From Leucoraja ocellata (taxonomy: Eukaryota), in assembly GCA_036785375.1 (NCBI GenBank), contig JAWMAR010000043.1, forward strand, positions 2,542,001 through 2,606,000: a stretch of 64,000 bases of DNA. Reading direction: 5' to 3'. Shown here piece by piece: positions 11,538 through 24,223 of this stretch; the stretch's first letter is position 1; every line of letters starts with the position of its first letter. Made by a program: the position numbers and the translations under genes. Below the pieces are notes generated by a model that was not told the DNA's origin, ran no database searches, and saw only the letters and a program-made list of their open reading frames with translations.

Positions 11538-11735
11538 TGGCATCCAGAGACCCAAGCAGTCCTTTCAGTCAAGACCATTTCACGCGTACCTCCTCTATCC
11601 TCATTACTGTATCTGGGGTTCCTGATGTGACCTCATGTACATCGACGAGACCACACATAGATTCGGCAACCAATTCATCAAACACTTGTGCTCGGTTTAC
11701 CATGGTCTACTGGATCTCCTGGTTGCTTACCACCC
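11538..11735 (+). pseudogene. Penelope GIY-YIG endonuclease fragment
   Basis: HFTRTSS..., then YIDETTHRFGNQFIKHLCSV...DLLVAYH, matching the GIY-YIG YIGET..RL..RF.EH pattern. Confidence 0.75.
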
Positions 11736-11844
11736 CCACCCCCCCCCCACCCTCCCTGTGCCCTCACCTGGACTTGCATCTAGTTCTCCACCCCCTCCTT
11801 TCACCTACAATCCTTCCTCAATTCACAATTTGCAACTCTTCGTT

Positions 11845-12806
11845 TAGACAATAGGTGCAGGAGTAGCCTTCGAGCCAGCGCCGCCATTCACTGTGATCAT
11901 GGCTGATCATCCACATTTAGTACCCCGTTCCTGCCTTCTCACCTTATCCACTGACTGCTATCTTTAAGAGCTCTAGCTAACTCGCCCTTGAAAGCATCCA
12001 GAGAATTGTCCTCCACTGCCTTCTGAGGCAGAGAATTCCACAGATTCACAACTCTCTGGGTGAAAAAATGTTTCCTCGTCTCCATTCTCAATGATCTACC
12101 CCTTTTTCTTAAACTGCGGCCACTGGTGCTGGACTCCCCCAACATCGGGAACATGTTTCCTGCCTCCAGCTTGTCCAATCCCTTAATAATCTTATGTTTC
12201 AATAAGATCCCCTCTCACCCTTCAAAATTCCAGAATATACAAGCTTCTCCATTTTATCAACATATGACTGTCCCGCCATCCTGGGAATTAACCTCGTGAA
12301 CCTACGCTGCTCTCCCTCAATAGCAAGAATTTCCTTCCTCAAATTTGGAGACCAAAACTGCACATAATACTCCAGGTGTGGTCTCACTAGGGCCCTGTAC
12401 AATTGCAGGAGGACCTCTTTACTCCTATGCTCAACTCCTCTTGTTATGAAGGTCAACATGCCATGTGCTTTCTTCACTGCCTGCTGTACCTGCATGCTTA
12501 CTTTCATTGACTGATGGACAAGGACCCCTAGATCTCTTTGTACTTCCCATTTTCCCAACTTGACACCATTCGGATAATCTGCCTTCCTGTTTTTGCCACG
12601 AAAGTGGATAACCTCATATTTATCCACATTAAATGGCACTCACCCAAATGGCATCTGCCCACTCAGTCCAAGTCACCCTGCATCCTCCTCACAGTTCACA
12701 CTACACCCAGCTTTGTGCCATCTGCAAATTTTCTAATTTTACTTTGAAAATGTTGTTTTCATCTAAATCATTGATATATATTGTAAATAGCAGCGGTCCC
12801 AGCACT
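11845..12806 (-). mobile_element. CR1 LINE, ~960-bp 3' portion with frameshifts
   Basis: ORFs 12199-12639 (RDLGVLVHQS...LYRALVRPHLEY) and 11939-12202 (FFTQRVVNLWNSLPQ); TATTGTC-type tail. Confidence 0.92.
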
Positions 12807-15800
12807 TGTCTCACCTCTTCAGTCTTTTCATGCAAGTAAGAAATTCATTATTCTATCTGGGACATATGACAATAAAACACTCTTGACTCTCTTGATTTGC
12901 GTGGAATTTCTGCAACTTGTCTGGGTCCACGTGTCTGTGATACTGCTAGATTTTCTTTGCACTTGTATCTCAGCACTTGTGCTTATGACATTAGACTTGA
13001 CTTGAGATTGCATGTAGTCCCTGACATTTTTAAAGTTGACTCGTGATCTATCCATGCTATTTAAAATAGGAAAAGGATTCAATAGTTATGGAACAATGTA
13101 GAGCAAGAAGATTGCAACAAAATCTGAGCCAGCCTGTTCAGGTGCAAACTTGGGAAAGATCTCGTATTTTGAAATGGCTTCCTCAAAGATTCTAAGTTTA
13201 ATTACAGTTGCTGGATTTTTTGGGGTGAGAAGCTGAAGGACACATGATAAATCTGGATAACTATGTCTCAAGAGCAGATAGTTGGAGAGAGGCTGGAGAA
13301 CTGGCAAAGGAGGCTGGAGAACTGGAGGCTGGCAAAATACATTTATTTTGGCCTTTCTTTCTCTGTTCAGAGTGAAACTAAATTGCTGATTATATTCCTT
13401 TCCTGAACTTTTATTGGAATCTGCGAAAGGTTAATTTTAATATCGAGCTTTGAATATTTGTTAATAATTTCATGTCCACTGTTGAAACAAATGTCACATT
13501 AACTCCTCTCTAATAATGTATTAATTAATTTTAGAACTTTAATTTTGATTGTCTTCTCCTGGCCCGAAGTGAAGGACTGGTAATTGAAGGATTCTTGGAA
13601 AGCCGCTTTCAGAATATGCCATTAGTGAAATTTGTTCAAAGTGTTTACTTTTAATATGTCACGAAAGCTTTAAATGTACTGCAGGGCAACGTTACTGTCA
13701 ACATAGCTAACTAAAGCAATTACATGTAAAGAGGGACCTAGTTGGATTTATAATGTGTCGGAGGGTATGATTGGGACACATGGTTCTAATATATTTTGAC
13801 AGTCAGGCGGGACTCAAAGTATTTTATGGTGATCATCATCTAATTTATTGCACCATTTGCATTTACTTAAAGTGCAACAAAGCAGTAGCTTCTAATTTAA
13901 TGTAGCATGACATTTAAAATGTAATTAAAACGGCACAATCTCAAGTGATCTGACATTATTCAGCTAACAAGTAAGATCCTTGGTGACTGAGAGTAGTTGG
14001 CAATTATTGGTCTAGATTATGCTTCTAAAATGAAGATTGAGGTGAATGCCCTTAAAAGTTGTTTGGGAGAGAGAAGTCTATTAATACATTTGTGCCAGTT
14101 CTCCTGTTCTGTGCCATTGGATTTATTCTTAATTTATGTTTCAAAAGTTATTGTAAGACCAAGAAGTTCAAAGCTACTGTTTTAAAAATACCTTTACTGT
14201 CTACCCTTATGATATGCCATACTATTTCAGAGACAGCAGACATTAGTAAAAAGCTCTGGTCAAATTACTTGCATTAAGATTAGCAGCTAAGAACCTTCAT
14301 CACACACCGTCTTTCCTTAATCGTGGCTGCTGTAGTGATTCCTGAGGGCAAAGAGCTGGTTTACTGATGGGGATTGCTTGAGACTGGTAAATCGCATCTC
14401 TTTTGGGAGTAGGTGCCCTGTTCAACATGGTGTAATGACACTTCAGTATACCAGGTTGGAAAGTGCCAGGATGGTCTCTGTGAGGATGCACAAATCCAAT
14501 GGTAACAATCCGCTCAAACTGATTCTATGGGCTGATGAATAAGTAGATCAAGTCTAGTCAAGTCAAGTTTATTCGTCACATACACATACGAGATGTGGAG
14601 TGAAATGAAAAGTGGCAATGTGCAAAAAACAAACAAACAAACAACAACTACAAACAGTATGGAACAGAATCACGTATTATATTACATATTACATATTGTG
14701 GGAGGAAGGAAAAAATGAAAAAAAAAACAGCAATTAAAAAAAACCCCAGTAGAATGGTACAGTAGAACAGTACAGTAAAGCTATCAATAACTTCTCTGAT
14801 GCATCAGTATTTAAACAACTGCAAAATGTGGCATTTGTTTGCAGATGGGAGCTGAAACAATCCTGAGATTGGGAAGATGAGGGTGAGGGTGACCTTGATA
14901 CTCAAAGAGAGTAATCAGGTGCTTGTGTGTGACCTTGAATTTGTCAAACGATCAAAGTGATGACCACCTTTCAAAACAAAGTCTATGTAGTCTTCGCCCC
15001 AATACCTCTGGAGAAGATGGCTCCCTTTAGTGCCTGGGTGAATAATGTATTAGATTCTGAGTTGTCTTTGTGCCCTGTAACATGTGTCCGACAGTGTTGG
15101 GTCGAGGCGAGAGAGATATATTGTCCACACGTATTATTGATGAATGGGTAACATCCTGGAAGATTGACATAGGAGGACAATTTTAACTGCATCAAGGTGC
15201 TGGTAACTGGAAAGCAAAATATTGCAACTGCTGGAAATCTGAAATAAACACAGATCATGCTAGTAATTTTCCAAGGATTCGGTAGCATTTGTGGCGAGAA
15301 ATAGTTAATATTTCAGTCCAATGGCCTTCACTGGGACGGTTTCATGAAATAACCTTTTTATCTCATGCAATTCTGGATTAGTGGGGCACTTGAGAATACT
15401 GGCATTTGGCCGATGTACAAATTCTGCGAATGTTGTTTATAAATTTTACTCGTGTGCTCCATCATGTAATAACACAATTTTAAACCAGTTACAATTAATG
15501 TTGGATGTTTCAATGTTAAATATTTCTTCCTCAGCACTGACAATCCTTTCCATAACATGCACACAATTCATCCAGAATTATGCAGATTATTCTGTTTCCT
15601 TCAGAGGCGGATATTTGGAAATGAAATACTGTTCTTGGTCAGTTGTACATGATCTTTCTGGCCCTTCAACAGGAATTCAATCAAACTTCATCTTAATCGG
15701 TTCCTTTGTGTCACCAGGCATTGTAAATATTAATCTTTAATGTTATGAAGAAGAAGAATTGTTTCATGGTCAGGCACCTTGATAAAATAGTGCATGAAGT

Positions 15801-16222
15801 GAAAGATTTGGAGAAATATTCAATTCCATACAAAGAGAATAATTGTGAGGATTTTTTAAAGTAACCATGTTTAGATATGGAATTTTATATTTGTAGATCG
15901 AGATCTTCAGCTCAGGTTTAAAATTAAGGCTTGAGAAATGCAGAGAGGTCCAAATGAGGAAAACTGGGTTGATAAAATTGAAGCCTGGAATTGACCCCGT
16001 TCTTGATTAGTACATGTGTTAGATATTAAAGGGAGAAGGCAGGAGAATGGGATTAGAATGGAGAGATAGATCAGCCATGATCCGTGGGTGGAGGGGACTT
16101 TATGGGCCAAATGACCTAATTCTACTCTTATCTCTTGTGAACTTATCATCAAAGAAAGCAGGATAAGATAAAGGGAATAACTTTAAAATCATGAATTTTG
16201 TTCCAGGGTGATTCTTCAGTAA

Positions 16223-16697
16223 TGCCCCTGTCCCACATGCCCCTGTCCCACTTAGGAAACCTGAACAGAAACCTCTGGAGACTTTACGCCCCACCCAAGG
16301 TTTCCATGCGGTTCCCGGAGGTTTTTGTCAGTCTCCCTACCTGCTTCCACTACCTGCAACCTCCGGGAAATGCACAAAAACCTTGGGTGGGGCGCAAAGT
16401 CTCCAGAGGTTTCGGTTCAGGTTTCCTGTGGGATAGGGGCTTTCCCGGTGCGGTTCCCGGAGGTTTCCGTGTGGTTCCCGGAGGTTTTTCTCAGTCTCCC
16501 TAATGGTCGAAAGTGGTTTCTGCTTCTATGTTCCGGCGATTATTTCAAAAAATTCAAAACCGTCCGTGACTAAAAATAGGTTGCTGTTTTAAAAATCGGT
16601 AATTTTTTAGTCTAAATGTTTTAGTTGCAATGCTAGTTGAAGGTGGTTGCAGGTGGTTGCCGGAGGTTGCAGGTAGTGGAAGGTAAGAACAGGGGCA
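16223..16697. mobile_element. Harbinger-type MITE with TAA TSD, related to 7293-7518
   Basis: TAA at 16220-16222 and 16698-16700. Starts TGCCCCTGTCCCAC (tandemly doubled) and ends ACAGGGGCA. The first ~190 bp closely match 7293-7500. Confidence 0.85.
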
Positions 16698-17279
16698 TAA
16701 GTTTCTAGAAACCCGAAAATGTTTGCAACTTTGAATGTTGTTTCACATAGATGAACATCTCTACAATGGGAAAAATATGTTTGGCGCAATCTTTTAGAGA
16801 ATTTAATTTATTTTTTCCTCTTTTTCCTGGTTGCCCATTGCATTCAGTCATATCCGTCATTTTTATGATGAACAATACTGCAAAATATAACCAATTTAAG
16901 AATATAAAATCACATTTTTGTTGCAGTCTTTCAAATGATAATCTTCCTCAAATAAACCATCAAAAAAAAAAACCTTTTCAGTCTGACACATTGATTTTAA
17001 ATCTTCGGAACAGTTTACTGACGAAAAATGTGGTGATTTTCAGCAAGGATGGTAACCTTCGCATAACTCTTCACCAAGTTCCTCAAAAACAATATTAACT
17101 TCAGATGAATAGGCAGAAGCATACTGTTCATTTATCAATTACAATTGATAATTATGGTCATTGTTGTATTATTTTACACATTATGAGCATAAAATACTCA
17201 TGTGACGGATATGAGTGAGCATGGTGGAGATGATCAAATTTGGGAGCATCACGTGATGGAGATAACTAAAACTATCTTT

Positions 17280-17363
17280 GGTGCTGGGGTTGGGGCTGGG
17301 GTTGGCACTAGGGTTGGGACTGGGGTTGGGACTGGGGTTGGGGTTGGGACTGGGGCTAGGGTT
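17280..17363 (+). repeat. G-rich hexamer tandem repeat (GGGGTT/GGGACT/AGGGTT variants)
   Basis: About 14 hexamers; this explains the GLGLG and GVGTG ORFs. Confidence 0.9.
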
Positions 17364-18188
17364 ACTTACCCCCGATCTCCAGCTCCATCTCCAGCCGGAG
17401 ATAAAGCCGTCGCAGCTGTCGCATCTTCCCGTGATCCAATGTCCCTCACCATGCCTGGCCCTCTTCAGCCCTTGTTCCCCGGTGGGTGGAGGGGGAGGAG
17501 AAAATATACCTGTTATGCAGCAGAAAACTGAGTTTTCGCGCGCTTCTCGTCCCAGGAATAATGCACAAGATAGGGGACTTTTGAATTCCGTGGTCTTTTG
17601 TGGTCAGAAGTTTGCATCTATTCTATTCATAGCTATGTAATGACTCCAATCATCGGGACTAGGAAGTTTTGGAAAAAATGGTAAGATTTATAACTTTATC
17701 AAAAAGAGATAATAAATATTTTAATTATTAATACCTACTGTTTAAAAGTCTTTTCAGTTGAGTTAGATCCCCCATTAAATAAACATGCCGACTTGAAATT
17801 TCACTGGTGACCATCGGGTTTTCCGGGGGAAGGGGGGGGTGGGGGGGGGGGGGGGTAATCGAACATCGAGAAACAAATTTAGAAATAACACTTAATTCAT
17901 TTAGGGTTTAATCTTTAATTATGAGGATTATGTGTATTAACAATCTAGAAAAAGAAGAAATGGGATAGAATTACGGATTTTCCTTATATACAACATCAAA
18001 GTAGCAGGACACCAAAGTACATACTTACTGAAGAATCGCCCTAGAAATTAGCCAGTGTGGATCAGAAATAAGTACAAGGATTCCACATTGAATGAGGAAC
18101 AGAATTTAGAGAAGGTGGAGTTTTCTTTCAAAATCTGTAACCAGAGGTATACTGCAGAGAATAATACCGGGACTCTTTTTTTTGCGAT

Positions 18189-18219
<31 letters not shown>

Positions 18220-18390
18220 TAATAATATATTTTATTGTTATTGCACATAAACACAACGAGATTTGGTATGCAGCTTCCATCCGATATCATAACTTAAATA
18301 ACTAATAACATTTAGATTTACATACCCTGAGAACATGGATTGTAAAAAGAACAGTGAAATAGTCAAAACAGTTCAAACGCAACTGACTGG
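18189..18390 (-). mobile_element. LINE (Rex1/L2-type) 3' end with (TTA)n tail
   Basis: An (AAT)n run followed by TTTTATTGTTATTGCAC, which is AATAAA plus tail on the minus strand. Confidence 0.55.
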
Positions 18391-19317
18391 AATGTGAATG
18401 TAGGAACCATTGGTAAGTTTGCGGATAACAAAGTTGGTGGTATTAAGAGGAGTTATGTTTGACTTAAGGCCACAATAGGAAATGGATCAGGTGGAAAGTT
18501 AAGTGGAACATTGGTAATTTAAATCTCGCAAGTGCCAGTCGATGCACTTGGAAAGTCAAATAGGGCCAAACATGTACACCGAATGGTCGGGTGCTAAGGA
18601 ATGAAATTGGTTAGGTCTTTCTCATTCCCACTAGCAGCACGGCTCTCATTGTAATTGTGTTGCCTTAGAACACGTGATGAGTAAAATCGAGTTAGTTGTC
18701 ACATCACCAGCGTTGGGCCTTGTTGCCAGTAGGCACCTGCTTGTACACTAACTGGCTCAAATACAGTTGGCACTGTGGACTGCAGCAGAATAAAGGCAAA
18801 ACAATTGCAGCCTGGAATTGATGAGTGCCTTGGTGCCCTTCCTGGTACAACAGCAAATGGCAATGTTTGACATGTTGCTAATATCTCCCATGGCAGACTG
18901 GAAGTCTGATGCGGAGCTTATCTCTGGAACCACGAATGAATGACATATTTCATTGAGGACATATAATATAGTGCATGATGTTCTCTGTCTTTCCATCTAA
19001 TGGCATCCTCTCCATTGTTAAAATTCTTTCACCCTCCTCCACAATTAGGAAAAATATCAATGGACAGAAGTGATACTACTTTCAAACTCCCGACATCAAA
19101 TTAGAGTGTGCAAAAGAGGAACATGTCAGTCAATGAAACTCCACGATACTCCACAATAACCTAAGTTCATCTCATTGCCTTTTTGCACTCCTCTACCTTC
19201 CCTGATAAGCATTTGCAGTGACATTTGTCTTAACCATTCGACATGGTAGCAAGTTTCATACTTGCACGTTTGAGTAGTTTCCCCAAATTTAATCTTGGTG
19301 AAAGTGATGTTAAATGA

Positions 19318-20153
19318 TTCGCCTGTCCCACTTACGCGACTTTTTAGGTGACTGCATTCTCATATGTGGTCGCATATGTGGTCGCCGCAAGTTTGCTGCA
19401 GGTTGCCGGGGTGTCGCTTGCATGGTGGTGAGTAGTTCCTGCATTCTCGTAACTAGTCGTGGCTTCATTCTTGTCACGCTAATTTTTCAACATGCTAATT
19501 TTTCAACATGTTTCAACATGTTGAAAAATTATCGGCGACCAGAATTTTGACGCCATGAAGAATAGCGAGAATTCTCGTGATGTCGGTGCAGTGGTAGTGG
19601 GTCGTCAGGAGGTCATAGTTTGTCGTAGGTTCTCGTAAGTTGTCGCCGGTGCTGATTGGTGAATTTCATTGGCTCATTAGGAAAACAAGGTAAACAGTAG
19701 TTTTCAGAACCAAGGATAACAGACAGGTAAAGTTAATGTTTGCTGAGCTTTACAGCCGTGTATCTCTGCCTTCTTAAAAGTTGTCTCCACTCCTTCTCCC
19801 CACCCCGTCTCCCCCCTTGTTCCCCCCCCCTCTTTAAGAGGATTTAAGTGACCCTTCCCGTACACTGTGCTTTCACCGTCTTAATTACAGCGCCAACCTT
19901 CCTGTTCATCGCGGTGTGTGTCTGTATCACATTGGCTTTGCACTGTGTGAATTTCAGTCAGACAGCGTTCCCCCCGCTTGCCCTGTCCCCTGCCTGTATA
20001 ACTGTCTGGTGAAGGAAGTGATGTGCATATGTGTGCTCCACTCTGACAGCCGCCAATCCAATCGCCATTTCAGTCAGCAGTTTTTCAGCGATCTGCTACA
20101 AATTGAGAGTCGCCGGCAGTCACCTGAAAAATCACCTAAGTGGGACAGGCCCA
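19318..20153. mobile_element. Harbinger-type MITE (third internal type)
   Basis: GCCTGTCCCACTTA...TTTTTAGGTGACTGC / GCAGTCACCTGAAAAATCACCTAAGTGGGACAGGCCCA, followed by TAA; the left tip is decayed. Confidence 0.8.
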
Positions 20154-20889
20154 TAAATCTGCCACTTCAATATCTTCGCACTAGCTTGAGTAACCCTTTT
20201 ACTTTCTCTTTTCTAGAAAAACATCCCTGTCCTGTTCTGTATTTCATGGTACTATTTAGTAATTAAACAGGGATGGTAACATGTGTTTTCACAGTGTAAT
20301 TAATTTCAAATGACAACATTTTGTTCATTAACATCTGCCTCAAGTCTTTCTCATTGAATTAAGATGAGTTATGGGCAAACCTTTGCCTCAAAACATTTTA
20401 TGATTTTGTGTAAAGAGACTGCACAGAGCACACAGTAGTGTTAGCATGGAACAGCTCTTTCTCTTTAAAAGCATATGCAGATGAGACCAAAACCTACCTT
20501 CCACCCCAGTGTAATAACTGCAAGATAATGGTTTAATTGTATCTGTAGAGGTTAAATCTATAATTAAACAACTATTGTATGATTATTCACAAGATGTTTT
20601 ACTGTTTTTAACACTTAGGATTTTGCTTTGCTTTTGATTTTTCACCTGTGTACTACCAAACAAAACGAGAGATTCTTATTTAGCTTTAAGTTGTTAAGGA
20701 ACAAAATTTAACATGAAACCTAAATGGGGAAAAAAAAACTGGAGTGGTACAAGGCAGAGTTAACAAGAATGGGGGTGGGGGGAGGGGCGGGGGGGGGGGG
20801 GGGATGGTTTTAAAGGCACAATAGATAAGTAATTACAGACATTTAAGTAGATCTTTTACCATTTGTATCAAAGGTTATTTCCATTGAAA

Positions 20890-22540
20890 AGTAAAGAATA
20901 TAATAGAACGATAATCAATTTGGAAAGGTATGAAATTGAAAGAAAAATATACAATGTTTTGAAAATGTTTGCTAGAAAATTGTGAGCAATTTAGAAATCA
21001 TCAAAGGATATATAAAGCTAAATTAGCAAGAAATGGATTATGAGAGTAAGAAAACTAAGCAAGTTTCAACAAACATATAAAATGGAGCACAGTTGCTGAA
21101 ATAAATACTGGTCCACTAGAGATTGAGACAAGAAAATTAATAATGAGGAATAAAGTTAAAACTCGGATTATAAACAAATGTTTTCAAGGTAGAAGATGCT
21201 TAATGCATACAATATTTGTTGCAAAGAGTAGGAAATAAAAGGTATTTGACAACCTAATGGGACTAAAAGCTAACAATGGCCCTGGGCTTGAAGACCTTTA
21301 TATTAAGGTATTAAAAGAGGTTGTGGCAGAGGTAGCTGATGCAATGGTTGTGATCTTTCAAACTTCCCGAGATTCTGGAATGGAAAGCTGCAATTAGAAC
21401 ATCACAGTTCACACCCTACCAAGGAGAGAAAACACGAAATCATGGGAATTTCTGGGAATGCATATTAAGGAAATCCCAGCATGATATTTAGAAAATATTA
21501 ATACAATTGCGAAGGATAAATGTAGTTTTATAGAAGGGAAAACAGTTTGGGCAAATTAATTGTTCTTTGAGGATCTCTAGAAGGCATTTGACGAAGTGTT
21601 ACACACAAAGTGAGTACAGCAGGCAGTTCAGGGAAAATATGTTAGCAAGGACAGAGTATTAGCTAGCTAACAAAAATTCAGAATGAAGGATCACATTCAG
21701 ACTGGCAATGTATAACTAATAGGTTGCCACAGGAATCTGTGCTGAAGCCTCAATTATTTATAATCAGCATTAATGACCAAGACTGAGTGCTCTGGAGACA
21801 AACTTGTTTGCAGTACAAATATTGATGGGAAATCAAGTCACGAGGAGGATGCAAAAAGCCTGGAAAGGGATTGGATAGCTTCAATAAATAGAAATAAAAT
21901 TGGCAGGGAGTATAATCTGGGGAAAAGAGCAGTTTTAAACTTTGATGGAATGGATGCAAGAGGAGAATATTGTTTAAATGGAAGGGAACAGCAGAATACT
22001 GGATGGCCTTGTATATGAAAGGAGGAGCTGGATGTCCATGTACATGAAACATTGAAAGCTTATCAGGCGGTTTCCGTGAATAATGAGTATTCGAATGGAA
22101 AGTTGGCCCTTTTTTGGAAAGAGGATTAAGTATAAGTGGAGGAAACTTGCTACAGCCCTGTATGGCATTCATAAGAGCAGAGTATCGCGCACCAACCATC
22201 AACCTGGACACACTGCAGCAGCTGTCGATCGGAACGCCTGTTGATGTTTAGTAGAGAGAAGAGTGTTTAATTTAATTTGTTCATGATATATGTATTTTTA
22301 TTTCTATTTATTTGCTGTTATTTGTACTGCACACTGAATGGACACTGGTTGAGCAACGTTTTTCTGTTTCCTCTAGGTATGTGAGTACTCAGGAAATGAC
22401 AATAAAGATATACTGAATACTATACTGAATACTGAGATCTGGACCACAGCATTAGTCTCTTTATTAAGAAGAATTATGCTTGTGTTGGAGGCAGCTCGAA
22501 TAAAGTTCACTTGGTTAATCCCTGTATGAAAGAATTACCA
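20890..22540 (+). mobile_element. Ancient CR1 ORF2 (RT region), heavily decayed, with a small LINE-end insert at ~22190-22435
   Basis: Degenerate AGGCATTTGAC (KAFD), GTTGCCACAGGAATCTGTGCTG (GVPQGSVL) and TTTGCAG (FAD) motifs in the correct order. Confidence 0.7.
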
Positions 22541-22607
22541 TATATTGATATTGGTTTATTGGTGTCACATGTACCGACATACAGTGAAAAGGTTTTGCTT
22601 GTGTTAG

Positions 22608-23648
22608 TAGCAATGTTACAAAATTTTGAGATTTAAAAAATCAAGTCTGCAATTTATCCCATCAGATAAAGCATAACAATAAGTTTAATTTGACACCTAA
22701 TTCACTTTCATATCTCAAGTAATAAAACAGTTATGGCCATTTTCATACTCGGAAATTAGCATCTTGTTCCCTATTGATTTTCTATGGACATAACAAAAAA
22801 GCTGTGATCATGGACAGTCAAAAGCCCATAACCTTCTTAAAAATTAAGAGAACTGAATGAAATTTTCAGTTATCATAGATTGAAGCATTCTGAAACAAAT
22901 ATAAAATAATCTTACTTGGATGACCTGAAATTAAAGCATGTAATTAGTTAGTTACCCAATTGTAGCTAATTTCAAACTTCAATTACTAGATCTAAACATC
23001 TATCCATTTCTTAATAAATGATTAACATTTTTAAATAGCCTAAGTGTCCAAATAATATTCACAAATAATTCACAATAAAACATGATTTTTAAATCTCATT
23101 TACATCAATTTATAGGCCAAATGGAAGGAATTTAATGTTCAATTGCTGTAAATTAAAGTCTATTTTAAATCGGCTTTCTAGTGGGTTCCTGTGAACCCAC
23201 TGGTTTAGAACGTTCACATTGCAGTGGATTTGTGCCCTCAAATGCCCAGAAAAATACTGCGGGATATAAAGAGCCCAAAATGAGCTACTCGCTATAGAAA
23301 ACTTTATATACAGGGTTCTTAAGAAGCCCCTTTTAATGTAAAAATAAGGTACATACCTTTAATTGTTTGCTTTATAAAACCCTGGGGCTGCGAGAGGTTG
23401 CGGGTTTAGAGAGTGATTTTTAAACTACTATAACTATTATACAAGGCCATAAAAACTAATAATACCTTTTGCGACGGGGTCTTTCAGCGATTTTCCGTTA
23501 ATGATTTACTAGGCTGAACATTTTCGATTGCAACAGCCTAGTAAAAATCGCGTTTTAAACCCGCCCCCTCAAAACAGCGCCAAAATCACAGACACGGGCT
23601 GGGGGCAGATTCTCATCGACAATTCCGGTAGGTTTTGTAACATACCTA
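22608..23648 (+). mobile_element. Non-autonomous TIR DNA transposon, 7-bp TSD family, copy 1
   Basis: Ends TAGCAATGTTACAAAA / TTTTGTAACATACCTA. GTGTTAG is duplicated at 22601-22607 and 23649-23655. Homologous to 55323-56356 and 59156-60016. Confidence 0.92.
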
Positions 23649-23805
23649 GTGTTAGTAAATTTCATCTGAATATAAATGCGTGAAAAACATTGTCATGCCC
23701 AAGTATAATAATTCTCATGCAAAGAGAAAAACACCAGAATATAGAATATAATTTACAGCAATGTAACATTATAGTTCGAGGGGGAAAAGTGTGAAATGAG
23801 GTCGG

Positions 23806-24223
23806 AAATAGGTGCACGAGGAGGCCATTTGGCCCTTCATTGTGATCATGGCTGATCATCCACAATCAGTAACCCGTGCCTGCTTTTCACCATATTCTCC
23901 CTTGATTCCGCTCACCCCCAGAGCTCTATCTAACTCTCTTTTAAATATCTCCAATGAATTGGCCTCTACTGACTTCTGTGGCAGAGAATTCCACAAATTC
24001 ACAAATCTCTGGGTGAAAAAGTTTTTTCTCATCTCAGTTTTAAATGACCACTTATTCTTAGACTGTGGCCCCTGGTTCTGGACTCCCCCAATATTGGGAA
24101 CATTTTTTCTGCATCAAGCTTGTCCAATCCTTTTATAATTTTATACGTTTCTATAAGATTCCCTCGCATCCCAAATTCCAGTGAATACAAACCCAGTCTT
24201 GCCAATCTTTCCTCATATGACAG
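23806..24223 (-). mobile_element. CR1 LINE 3' end
   Basis: Antisense GGCAGAGAATTCCACAAATTCACAAATCTCTGGGTGAAAAAG plus CR1 3' UTR. Confidence 0.88.

Larger units (their letters stand above)
16204..18043. mobile_element. Putative non-autonomous TIR DNA transposon (unclassified), left TIR interrupted by a MITE
   Basis: With the MITE removed, the left end reads CAGGGTGATTCTTCAGTAAGT; the right end reverse-complemented reads TAGGGCGATTCTTCAGTAAGT. A subterminal GCWACTTTGA(A)TGTTGT motif is present at both ends. No TSD recognisable. Confidence 0.65.

Noticed and set aside
17202-17640. Gly-Leu / Gly-Val repeat proteins, or an interstitial telomere
   Set aside because: The ORFs are translations of a hexamer repeat. 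Only isolated TAGGGTT units occur, with no (TTAGGG)n array.
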